Below are positions 25,142-37,729 of a DNA stretch of 64,000 nt, one piece after another. The position numbers were made by a program, and so were the translations under genes. Source of the DNA: Octopus vulgaris. Lineage: Eukaryota. The DNA is taken from positions 79,422,001 through 79,486,000 of the forward strand of contig OX597814.1 in assembly GCA_951406725.2 (NCBI GenBank). The letters run 5' to 3'. How positions within the stretch are numbered: the stretch's first letter is position 1; each line of letters opens with the position of its first letter. The notes below the pieces were generated by a model. It was given only the letters and a program-made list of their open reading frames with translations. It ran no database searches and was not told where the DNA came from.

Positions 25142-27983
25142 CTATTTGAATCTAGAAAAGGTGAACGGTAGCCTATGAATACAAAAGAAGCTTTTCTCAT
25201 TAATGTTGTTAATAATTTGCCGACCCGCTTTAATAATGAAGAAAATTTCATTAATACATAGAGAGCATTTTTTATTTTTTCCATTATACACAGGTGCTGA
25301 AGTTAGTATTTTCCAGTTTAATCTAAAATCTAAGTTCTTACTTTTAAGTTCCCAAATATATGCACTTAGCCCTGTAGAGTACATTCTATTTTTATTCCTA
25401 AAAGTATATCTATGATAATTCCATCTTTGTTTTATGCTATTCATAGTTGCCCCGATATACACTCTACTACTCAATTGTGTATCTACAGTGCATTGGTAAA
25501 CTACCTCCTTCCTGAGGCATTGATTACCAAATACACATTTATTTTTATTTCTGCAATTACAAAGATTAACAGAATGAGGAAATCTAAGATTGGACACCAC
25601 CCCTATACTACTATTCACATTATAAGTGTTACAATTGTTATCATCATCCAAACCCAAAATCAACGAATGAGTTAATTCCACATTATCGGCTATATTCCTA
25701 TCACTAGTACTAGTATTGGTAGTAGTGGTATGATCTATTACATTTATATTATCTCTGACAGGTATGGTGCACTCATTATTAGTAAGGAGGTTGCTCCCAT
25801 TTGTTCCAAGAAAATTTCTATTCCTATTATTAATGAAGAGGGGCAAGTTTTCCTGGTCTAAATTCAATTTTCTATCCTTATAGAAGTGATCCAGTTTCTT
25901 GTTATTAAAAGAGGAGATGATGGTGGCTAGATTATGAGTAATGCTATATCCCACTCTAACAGTACCGTTGTTAATTAAAGGACTAAATTTATTCCTATCC
26001 TTACCAAAATGCCTAAAAATAATATTATGCAAAGCTCTCACTATGTTTGTTTTAATCTGCATTGCATACGGGATAATCAACCAAAGAGTATCCTTATCAG
26101 AATTAGGATTGCCTATAGAATTAATGTTATTTGTAAAAATCCTATTCGTAGACCAACTCATAGGATTACTATTCTTACCACTGTCATTGTTATGTCTATC
26201 TATATCAATATTACCATGGTTATTGCGCAAGTAAACTTTACCATTATCATGTCTACCATAAGTTTTAATTCGTATATTATTATTAATATTACTACTACTA
26301 CTCGTATGTTTAGATCTATTTGAGCTACCGTTCACCTTTCCAAGGTTAACGTCACTTCTACATTTATTATAGGTGTTATCATATATTCTGTTTTTACTAT
26401 TCTTATGTATATTGTTGATTATCCTAAATCTATTTGTGTTGTTCTTGATAGTTCTACCTCCATTAGGGGGTTCCCCTTAGGTATAAACCAAATCTTACTT
26501 TTATATCCTGCCTTAAGTAATGCTGCATTGTATCTATCACAGTGTTTGTTAAAAATTTCCTCGTTTGAGGATAAACTAGAAATTCTTTGACTAATGCTAC
26601 GCACTAGTGCATTTTTAATTTGAGGGGGTGATTACTAGAACGGTTAATGTATATTAGGTTAGAATTAGGTTTAATATAGGGTTCATGTAAACCATTAGTA
26701 ATGTTACAATTAACATCTAAATAATTAGCAGAATAATTTTCACTTTCAATGATAATGGATAGGCCGAAGCTTTTAAAAAATTTGTTTATTCTTTTTTTCA
26801 GAAGATCTAATCTCCTATTTGATGTATTCCTAACACAAAATAAGGCGTCATCCCTGTATAATCCGCCTTTTAATTCAGGGAATTCCCTACTAAAGTTATC
26901 TAATAGATACATCCCAACTAGATCAGTCACCTCCGCTGAGTCCGGCGATCCCATTGTGATATCGAACAAGTTGGGTGTGTCCTTTCTAGCCCAAAGTTTA
27001 TTATCAAACTCTATTAAAGTTTTCCTGGCTGTTAGTATAACCTTAATCTCCCCCATACTTAATTTAGTGTGTTTTCTAGCAAAAATTAAGGACTTATTTA
27101 ATATAATAGGGTTAATTGAAGTGTAATAATTCTGTATATCGAATTGTATAAATTTATTTCTATTATAGCTAAAGTTGTTACTGTCACAGACCTTAATGGC
27201 AGAAAACCAATCCAAAGCACCCTGAGTATTCTTCCAAAGGTTTAGTTTGATTTTATTGCGGATGGTGGGTAGATATTTATCTAGAATGAGTTTACTTAGT
27301 CTGCCTAAGTCAGATTTAGTGGGGCAAATTAATCTGACCTGTGTGTTTCCAAGAAAATTCTCTTTATGATCCTTTAGTGTAATTCTCGGTCTGGATGGGG
27401 TGTAGGGTTCCGTTTTTTCTTCTAGGTAGTAGTCAAATATGATTTCTCTGATCTCCAGGTTCAGCTTTCTAAGTGTACTAGAAGGTACTACTTTGTATTT
27501 CTTGGTTATTTCCTTGTGTAGAAGATCATGATATGCAGTAATGTCAATGTTGTAGATGTTGTTAGTTTTGTCAGAATGTGTTAGAATGCCGCTCTTACCT
27601 TTGAGAGTTCTAATTAAGTCTTTCAATTCTCTTTGGTGCGGGTTATATCTTAAAGGATGATTTCTAAATTTTATGTTTTTTACAGTCTCCCATAGTTCTT
27701 GTTCAAAATTGTCTAGATGTATATTTGGTGGAGGAGACTTTCTAGATTTAAATGTAGTGCTTGTTAGTTTTAATATTTCTTCATAGGTGCTTCCAATTCC
27801 ATTACGGATCGTTTCTCCAGTGTGTTGTTGGTTTATTTTATTATTATAGTTCTCATGGTGGAAAATCCTCCATCTGATCCTATGGATGAATTCATTCATT
27901 CTATAAATTAGTTCTTTAGTGTAATGGTCTTTGGTAGGGATAGGTACATCCTTCATTGATGAATTGATCAGTATTTTCTCCAT
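25142..27983 (-). CDS. Naiad-type PLE polyprotein (RT + thumb + GIY-YIG endonuclease), ~947 aa if two 1-nt frameshifts are corrected
   Basis: ATG at 27983 reads MEKILINSSMKDVPIP. RT motifs: FDIQNYYTSI, TMGSPDSAEVTDLVG, LYRDD. Thumb: SNHP(P)[26 protein letters not shown]: [31 protein letters not shown]. The frame changes at G5 runs 26624-26628 and 26466-26470. Confidence 0.9.
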
Positions 27984-28491
27984 TCTTCTAGCAGTAATGA
28001 TCAAAGGAACAAATATACTACACTAGGGTGTATTCACATGCACTATTAATATTTAAATCAATAAATGGATGCTTATATTACACCAGTATGAGCAATTCAG
28101 GTTCCTCAAAAGATAAATTTAGGTTATAAAATGAGATAGGGGTTGAAAATTCAACCCACCATGGGATAATATATATCCAATATACTGCTAGATAGGTACC
28201 CAACAAAAATTAATACATAGATGTTAGAAATTGTCAAGCAATCAGTTCATCTATTGTATTAAATGGGTAAGGGTAATAATATTACCGTAAATTAATACTA
28301 CAAAATTAGAGAATGGAGAAACATATTTAAATCAATAAAACATCAACTATCCGATGATACTCAATCCATACTTTAATACACCATTACATAGGAGTAAAGG
28401 CAATATATAAAATGAAATGAGATATACAGTAATAGTAAAAGTAAAAAGATAAAGAGATATAAGTAAAAAATTACAAATACAATATGCAAAT

Positions 28492-28617
28492 AAATCAAAA
28501 CTGACAGCTGTTTCGGCAGTGAGGACAGTCATACCTCATTTAACCTATAAGCCATAAAGGCAGGTATAAATGAGGCATTAACAAAGATGCCCCACGGCCT
28601 CTTCAGAGAATTAAATT
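28492..28617 (-). ncRNA. Type I hammerhead ribozyme, upstream repeat
   Basis: Identical to the 22919-23044 motif. CUGAAGA at 28606-28600 and GUC at 28505-28503, an offset of 5573 nt. Confidence 0.8.
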
Positions 28618-28950
28618 AAATTTGTTATAATAGTGAAAAATATTATATAATCATATACATATAAATATAAAAATATAAAAAAGTAAAATATAAAAACTTA
28701 TACATCATAATGCTACACTTGTATAATATAATACATATTTGTACAAAAAGGAAGGTAACCAGAACAAAATAAAACAAAATATATAACAGTGTATATATAA
28801 TATTAATAAGTACCGATATCATACATATTTAGCTAATAGTTTTTTTTATAAAAAAAAGGGCTAACACATATGGAGATGAAAAATAATAATAATTAAATCC
28901 GTGGTACAGTTCATAAAATTCTAAAGCTATAAAAGTTAATAAAAATTACT

Positions 28951-28984
<34 letters not shown>

Positions 28985-30712
28985 GTAATAATAATAAAAA
29001 ATAATAAAAATAGATACAGTTAAGTTATCACCAAGTCCATCCTTCCAAGATCGAAATAACTATGAGTTAAGAAATGCTGACCACTAGGTAAAGAAAATTT
29101 AGATTAATTCGATTGGCTATTGGTTTGAAATTTAAATCACAAAAGAAAATTATACGGTTGGTTAGTCAGGGAACGCCAATATTCACACACGCATCTACAG
29201 ATCAATCGCACATACACACATAGTTATATGTATATACATACACTTGTACATATACATAATCATAAGCAACAACTAACACTTAGATAAACAAATAGGGAAG
29301 CAACCATGCTAACACTAAGTCCTTCAAAATTATAACTGAGCCTCAATAACAAAAAAAGAACCATCCATGCATTCTATAAAATATTTAATTAAGATATAAA
29401 TGTATTTTTAAATATCAGTATGTTACTAATTCAGATAATTATTTCATGGGTAACTTAAAATTTATAACACCGGTTTGTTGCAGAGTAAACATACGGTTGT
29501 TAGGTTTATCGTAAGTTTGTTATGATTTAAAGTACGCTAAATTATAAAATATAAAATATAAAATATATTAATTTAGATATTATAAATAAGTCACTTATTA
29601 ACTTAATAAATATAGTGCCAAAATATACCAGTTTAGGCAATAAAAAATAGAGGGGGAAGTATTAATGTAAACGCTTATGAGAACATCACAGAAATTTTAA
29701 ATAAATTTTATATTATAAAGACTTAATATGAAAAGAGATAAAATAAATAAAAAGGAATAAATACGAAGGAATAAATACGGTTATACACATAATTATAAGT
29801 ACAAACTAGTATATATGTATTCATATATTATTAAAATAAATAAAAATAAATGATAGATATGTATGTATAAAACTACACCAGTATAAGTAAATAAGTAAAG
29901 AATAAATAGGTAACAAATTAAATGACTAGATATGTATGTAAACATCCACACTTAAATAGGCAAATAAATAAATAAATAGAAGACTAGATGCAAATATTGA
30001 TAATATTACAATAAAATGGGAAATAAATAAAAATAAATAAAGTGAATATATATATTTTATATTGTTGAAAGTAAATATGTATGGAAGGATAGTTTAAAGT
30101 ACAGATCCAGAGGACTATAGATATAAACTAAATATATGAGGCTGGTAACAATTATAAAGCAAAATGTATGTAAATGAGAAAATGAAAAAAATGAAAAAGG
30201 TTTATCAGTGAATAACATAAGATACAAATTAAGGTGAGTACATAAAGACCAAATATATAATAAAAACCTTCCAAATCAGCACATACAAAAAGCCCATAAT
30301 CTCAACCTAAACCCACCAAACTCACAAAAGGCTCTCATATATTACATATTATACAATATCATTACATTATCCAGAGCTAGGTATCTAACCAAGATATACA
30401 TATATACTTTGCAATATACTATGCAATATTGGAAAACTTCAAAAATCACACATTACAAGGCAAATACCAAAATGAATATGTTATTTTATGTCATATTGCA
30501 TTTCTCTTAAAAAAAACAAACAAAAACCCACATACAAAAACCAAGAAACCAATAATACTAGACACATCCAATTAGTTATTATACAAATGTAGCTATAAAA
30601 ATTATAAAATTATGAAATTTATAAATTGTATACTTTAGAATTATAGAAGACCACAGGTATATTTAGTTAAAGAAGGGAATTAAAAAATTGATAATAGTGG
30701 AAGTGCTAAGTT

Positions 30713-32161
30713 CTATTTGAATCTAGAAAAGGTGAACGGTAGCCTATGAATACAAAAGAAGCTTTTCTCATTAATGTTATTAATAATTTGCCGACCCGCT
30801 TTAATAATGAAGAAAATTTCATTAATACATAGAGAGCATTTTTTATTTTTTCCATTATACACAGGTGCTGAAGTTAGTATTTTCCAGTTTAATCTAAAAT
30901 CTAAGTTCTTACTTTTAAGTTCCCAAATATATGCACTTAGCCCTGTAGAGTACATTCTATTTTTATTCCTAAAAGTATATCTATGATAATTCCATCTTTG
31001 TTTTATGCTATTCATAGTTGCCCCGATATACACTCTACTACTCAATTGTGTATCTACAGTGCATTGGTAAACTACCTCCTTCCTGAGGCATTGATTACCA
31101 AATACACATTTATTTTTATTTCTGCAATTACAAAGATTAACAGAATGAGGAAATCTAAGATTGGACACCACCCCTATACTACTATTCACATTATAAGTGT
31201 TACAATTGTTATCATCATCCAAACCCAAAATCAACGAATGAGTTAATTCCACATTATCGGCTATATTCCTATCACTAGTACTAGTATTGGTAGTAGTGGT
31301 ATGATCTATTACATTTATATTATCTCTGACAGGTATGGTGCACTCATTATTAGTAAGGAGGTTGCTCCCATTTGTTCCAAGAAAATTTCTATTCCTATTA
31401 TTAATGAAGAGGGGCAAGTTTTCCTGGTCTAAATTCAATTTTCTATCCTTATAGAAGTGATCCAGTTTCTTGTTATTAAAAGAGGAGATGATGGTGGCTA
31501 GATTATGAGTAATGCTATATCCCACTCTAACAGTACCGTTGTTAATTAAAGGACTAAATTTATTCCTATCCTTACCAAAATGCCTAAAAATAATATTATG
31601 CAAAGCTCTCACTATGTTTGTTTTAATCTGCATTGCATACGGGATAATCAACCAAAGAGTATCCTTATCAGAATTAGGATTGCCTATAGAATTAATGTTA
31701 TTTGTAAAAATCCTATTCGTAGACCAACTCATAGGATTACTATTCTTACCACTGTCATTGTTATGTCTATCTATATCAATATTACCATGGTTATTGCGCA
31801 AGTAAACTTTACCATTATCATGTCTACCATAAGTTTTAATTCGTATATTATTATTAATATTACTACTACTACTCGTATGTTTAGATCTATTTGAGCTACC
31901 GTTCACCTTTCCAAGGTTAACGTCACTTCTACATTTATTATAGGTGTTATCATATATTCTGTTTTTACTATTCTTATGTATATTGTTGATTATCCTAAAT
32001 CTATTTGTGTTGTTCTTGATAGTTCTACCTCCATTAGGGGGTTCCCCTTAGGTATAAACCAAATCTTACTTTTATATCCTGCCTTAAGTAATGCTGCATT
32101 GTATCTATCACAGTGTTTGTTAAAAATTTCCTCGTTTGAGGATAAACTAGAAATTCTCTGA

Positions 32162-32165
<4 letters not shown>
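30713..32165 (-). CDS. 5'-truncated second copy of the Naiad ORF (thumb + GIY-YIG)
   Basis: 397-aa ORF identical in translation to 25142-26335. Truncated at [10 protein letters not shown] against (TA)n. Confidence 0.85.
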
Positions 32166-32239
<74 letters not shown>

Positions 32240-32485
32240 CATATATATGTATGTATGTATGTATGTGTGTGTGTGCGTGCGCACGTGTAAGTTTTTTAGT
32301 GTCTGTGTTCGTTTCCTACCACCGTTTGACAACCAGTGTTGGCGTGTGTACGTCCCCGTAATCGAGCGGGTCGACAAAATATACTGATAGAATTAATAAT
32401 AGGCTTAAAAAATAAATCCTTCAAAGTGGTACTTCAGCATGGCCTCAGTCAAATGGTTGAAAGAAGTAAAAGAATAAAAGAAAAG
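32166..32485 (+). mobile_element. SINE family A, 3' half
   Basis: (TA)n then TTGACAACCAGTGTTGGCGTGTGTACGTCCCCGTAA...CAGCATGGCC.CAGTCAAATG...AGTAAAAGAATAAAAG, continuing 22545-22722. Confidence 0.85.
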
Positions 32486-32559
32486 ATTGTATAGCGCATA
32501 AAAAATGCATTTGAATTTGAGATTTATTTTAAGCAAAGCGAAGGAAGTCAATCAGAAAA

Positions 32560-33040
32560 CACATAGTTAAAGAGGATACACATTACCACTACATCGGTTA
32601 CGTGGTGAGAGAGAAGACTGTGACCTACTGGTATCAGAGTGTAAGAACCTGGTGCGGATACAATACAGGGACTCGAAAAATATGGCAAAATAATAAGCAT
32701 TGATGCATTGATGACTTTGTAAAACGTACAATTACAACAGTAAGAAACGTAGTATAAACGTTGACCAATGAAAGTTGTTTTCGATAAAGCAAACTATTTT
32801 CTTGCATGTCTGGACATAAAAATCAAGACAAACAAAGAACTGGAAGTAGATATGCTACAGAGAGGTAATAGAACTTATATGGGATTAGATGTAACCAGCC
32901 CTCTTGACATCAATGTGAGGGAAAAAGAAAGATATAGACACCAATAGATAAAGAAGGAGTTAAAAAGGCTTTGGAACTGTAAGGAAGTAAGGTTAATTGA
33001 ATCTCAAGGTACAGTGTTTGAAAATATCACCAAATGTTCT
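32560..33040 (+). pseudogene. Old R4-like RLE-domain relic
   Basis: Fragments such as GLDVTSPLDINVREKE and KRLWNCKEV resemble [13 protein letters not shown] / SKMWKLK. Many stops. Confidence 0.5.
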
Positions 33041-33049
33041 TCTATAATC

Positions 33050-33320
33050 ATAAGTGACACGGAGTTAGTGAGCCCACCGGTTTCGTCTACTGAACATGAA
33101 GCCGCTAACCGTCTTCACGTATTCAACACATGCCCTAGGATTCTAGCTGTGTCAAGAAGACACACTTTCTATTGTAGTGCATCATTCAGGTGACAACTCT
33201 CCAGCCCATGAAACTGTTTGGGCTGTTGATACTGTTAAGGGTTTTATAAGGTCGGAGTGCAAACGTATCTGTTTTAGTTGCCATTTACGACACGCAGAGA
33301 AGACGTTGGGACTATTCTTT
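33050..33320 (-). mobile_element. RTE-like 5' end relic
   Basis: Minus strand AGAATAGTCCCAACGTCTTCTCTGCGTGTCGTAAATGGCAACTAAAA resembles a recurrent invertebrate retroelement 5' motif (recalled, not searched). Confidence 0.35.
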
Positions 33321-34607
33321 GACATACCGATTCCCACCTAGCCTGTGATGCTGAAGTCAAATGGTTTGTTCTTCAAAGCAGATTGTACGAAGTCTATATT
33401 CATCTTCATATTCTCCGAGATCGAGATAATCATATGCTTATGTGATGTTGATGACTGATTGCTGGAGTTCCTGATGTGTGTGATACAGAGCAGCACTGCC
33501 ACCTGCGTTTTGTAGCTCTGAAATGCGTTGCATTTGGATAAACTGATGTGATTGAAATCTGGCTATGTTAAATAGTTCACCAACAAAACCGCATCTGATA
33601 TCAGTATCAATATATTTATATATATACATATATACTGTACGCATAATACATATAAAATATGATGCACACATTCACACACAGATATTCTACAATATAAAGA
33701 AGACTAGCAGAAAGACCGCGTTCCGGAGGTCTTTTCACATTTGATTCCCAATTCTAATAACTTTTATGATATTTTACGTCTAATTACTTGCTTAGTAAAT
33801 ATTGCTTTCATTATTTTATCAGAGTCATAATCTCTCTTTTTTTAAACAAACATCAAGGTAGTCTAGCTACAGCGGGGAAGCAGTTTGTCAAGTTTTACTT
33901 TCTCCTCAAAGCAACATGGATATTTCAATTCAGCAACCCATCTGTAAGCTTTGCAGTATGTGCATGAGAGCGAGAGAGAGATATATATATAGAGAGAGGG
34001 GGAGAATTTCGCTGAGGGTGGAGAGAGGAGTTTCGGAAAATTCACACGATCCGACATTTTTCCCTTCATAACTTTCAGGAAAAGGGGTATCTTTTAATGG
34101 AAGTTTATACAAACACCTTTCAAACGGAATAGGTTATGGTTATAAAGAAATGTGTGAGGAAAATTTTTCCGAAAGTGATGGGGAGAGGAGTTTTGGTAAA
34201 ACGGAGTTTCGGATCAGGAAGACCAAATAAGAACTACTCTGCTTTGACGGGGATATTCCCCATTTTTTTTAAACCAAAATCTTCGAAATGATGGGGTGGG
34301 AGCGAGGCATCTTTAAAAAATTTTTTTTACTACCTCACCTCCCTCTTCGTCTAACTCCGGACAATTCAAGTGAGGTTTGGCTGTTGTTTCTAGCACAACC
34401 CAAACAACCCTCCGTTTTCATTGTCACATGTATGATGTTTTTTCAATAATTTTCTCTCATTAAACACATTTTATGGAATAATGATGCCGAAGTAACACAC
34501 GCGTGGTCCATTGGTGGAATATAAACAACAAAGAAAAAATTGTAATCTAAATTTTTACTCCGACCTCAATCAAGCGAATCTCTGTGTGTGTGTATGTGTT
34601 TGTGTGT

Positions 34608-34638
<31 letters not shown>

Positions 34639-35842
34639 ACTGTAAGAAAAAAATTTTCTAACACAAAAGTATGTTATTAAAATGAATCATAATTTACGTA
34701 ACTCTTTTAAAAAATCACTGTGGATAAATGCCAGCAATGACTTGCTAAGGCTCTCCGATATTTTAAATTATAAACAGAAGCAATCGGGGGTAGGGAGTAC
34801 GGTTGCAAAAAAATTATAATTTTTCAAATTTAATTTTTTATAGCATATAAATGCATTTATGAGGAGAAAATATTGAAAAACGTCAATACATGCGAGAGTG
34901 ATAAAGAAACGAGGAGGGTTGTCTTGAGATGCTAGAAACAACACCCAAATATCCCTTAAATCTCTCACTTTTCCCTGTGAAAATATTTACTTTTTTCCCG
35001 AAAAGGCCTCTCCCATGGTTTTTAAGTAAAAATGTGGCCAAAATCGGTTCGGATAGTTATAATTGTAAGGCCATAACAAAGAGCCATAACAACAAAATCG
35101 CTTCTTAATTTTTTTACAAAAATTATATCGGTATATAAAAAATGTTCATTCAATAAATTATGTTTTACATTACGTCTATTGAATAAACTGTGGGTTTTTC
35201 AAATAGCGAATTAAAACTTGCAATGCAAACATTGAAATAAAGAATGAGAGGTTTTGCAAATTAAAACGGAATACTCCGCAGTGAATGCAACCAATATTTA
35301 AATTTGTGAAAAATTGGAGTTAAAAAATTCAATAAAATTCAGAAATTGAAATTATAAGAAATTTCTTGGAACATGAATTTAGAAAAAAATTTCCAGACGA
35401 ACAAGCCTTTAATAATAGCTTTCTTTTAGTAACTATTATTAATTACATACCTAATTAATAAGCAGCTTTCTCCATTATAATATAGATTAACTGTGTAAAT
35501 GAACCGAGAAATTAATGAAGAAGTTATAAGTATTTAAAGGGCATTCCGGGTACTAACTAATTTGAGTCTTAATAATTGCAACACACTGCAAGTTTAATTT
35601 CTCTCGTTAGGTTAACAATATTTTCAATTATAAAAATTGTATAGATAGTTTTGTAATTTTCTGAAATCCACTTCTGTTCAACAATTGTGAACGAACGACA
35701 ATTACGTGGATTTCATTTCTATATGGTATATAATACGTAATATGGTAAATAATACGTAATATAATATAATGTAATATAATACAATATATTTGCATGATTA
35801 TTTATGTATATGTATATATATATTTTATTTTATACTGTTTCA

Positions 35843-36089
35843 TTCTCTCTCTCTCTCACACACATACACATATACAAATACGCGTTCTGCTACACTCGTT
35901 TTGGTCTACACTTTTGAATCACCCATTTCTCTCGTCCTTTTCCATCTGTTACTTCCTGAAGATTTCATCTGAATGAAACAGTTCTAGTCCTGTAGAAGCT
36001 CCTTCTATAAAATAAATTACTTTACTCTGCTATGTATTGAGTACCTTATTTACTGTGGTTAACCCCGACTCAACCCGGGACCTACATAT

Positions 36090-36143
<54 letters not shown>

Positions 36144-37697
36144 CATATATATATGCAGAATATATATATATATATATGTGTATATATATACATATATGTA
36201 TACAAATATGTGTGTGTATACATGTATGTTTATACAATGTCTATATATGTATATGTGTATATGGGTGTATCTGTATGTGCGTACGTTTATATTCACAAAT
36301 GAATGGGATTCATGCGAAAGAAAATGTATAATGTGAACAGTTATTGTAGATTTGTGACTAATAAGTGAGTGTTCTGAGTTTCACATTTAGCCATTTTACT
36401 TAACTAATTTTTAATTGATATATTCGTTACATTTATACATGAAATATAAATGGCCGGCTGGTTATTTGATGAGAATATACAACAATTTACAGATTTTTGA
36501 ACGCACTTTCTGTTACTTTCAGTTTATCCGTTTTAGCAGATTCTGTCGTAACCATGACCTGAGACACTTTATCAAATCCCGCTCCATCTACTTATTCGAT
36601 ACCACCCATTCCCCTCCCTCTGCTACTCATTCTCTCCTTTAAGCGTGCTCGCATTGCTCCTTCTTCCATGCAACTGGCTCCAACCAGGTCATTTTTTTGC
36701 TCCCGGCCCCACTTCCATAACCGCCTTTTATTTTCAACACCACCATCCTCATTATACCCAGCCACCCCAACTTCCTCGTTAGGGATTCTTACCGATGCAC
36801 TAATACCAACCTCATATATGCACTACAATTCACTCCACAGCGAGTAAACTGGCTGCCGTCTGTCTGACAAGTTCTTAGAACACCTCAAGATCACACTTGT
36901 CTCTCGATATTACCGATCCTCTGACCCCTCCACTCAATAACTCTGGGTTTTCACTTTGGTCTTCACCACCAGATCTCCCATTACTCGCTTCCAGAGGGAA
37001 CAGACGTTCGTCATTTTTTCAAAGCTTACACGCCTTATAACATGAATTCACCCACTTATTTTCTAATCTGCGCTGACCCCTCAGCATCTGTTCCAGAATT
37101 ACGCACCTCATCCTTCTGCTCTCTTTTCATCTCTTTTCTCCAAACTCCTCTTGGATCTACACTTCACCTGCCCCGCCTATATTTACACCATATCCCTCCC
37201 CATCCCACATATACGCTCTGCCTCCACATACACTAAAACAGCTTTCACATACACTTGCATTTACATCCTTTACGTAGACACGCATACACACACAAAAAAA
37301 ACACATACACATACATACTTTTCTATTCACCTATCATCTTGCTTTTTGACTCACACAAGCGTGAAAATGCATAGGCACGTTGATATACAGACACAGATTT
37401 CCATACACACTTCCTCTTCACATAAGCCGGCAAACATACACTTCCATTCCCTAAACATCATCTCTTTAACACCTAGTCTTACCACTGTGTGGACACATAT
37501 GCTTACACCCACCTACCTTTTTCATATGGTCGTGCACATACACACACGCACACATGCACACATTCACTGGAATTCTCACGTATATTTCCTTCTGCTCTTT
37601 GGCCATTTAATTAATTTATGTACGCATATGCACACAAAAGCATGCACATCGATACATTGATACACTCATAACACCCTACACCTACTCTTCACATATG

Positions 37698-37729
<32 letters not shown>

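Larger units (their letters stand above)
22723..32165 (-). mobile_element. Penelope-like retroelement, Naiad-type, partial tandem (pLTR) structure
   Basis: 22723-26595 is repeated near-identically at 28299-32165. Encodes RT and GIY-YIG, has a hammerhead in each repeat, and is flanked by (TA)n on both sides. Confidence 0.93.

Noticed and set aside
25142-27983. Selenoprotein (UGA read-through) as the cause of the broken PLE ORF, as reported for some Naiads
   Set aside because: The breaks are frame changes ending in TAG/TAA, not in-frame TGA, and no convincing SECIS was seen.
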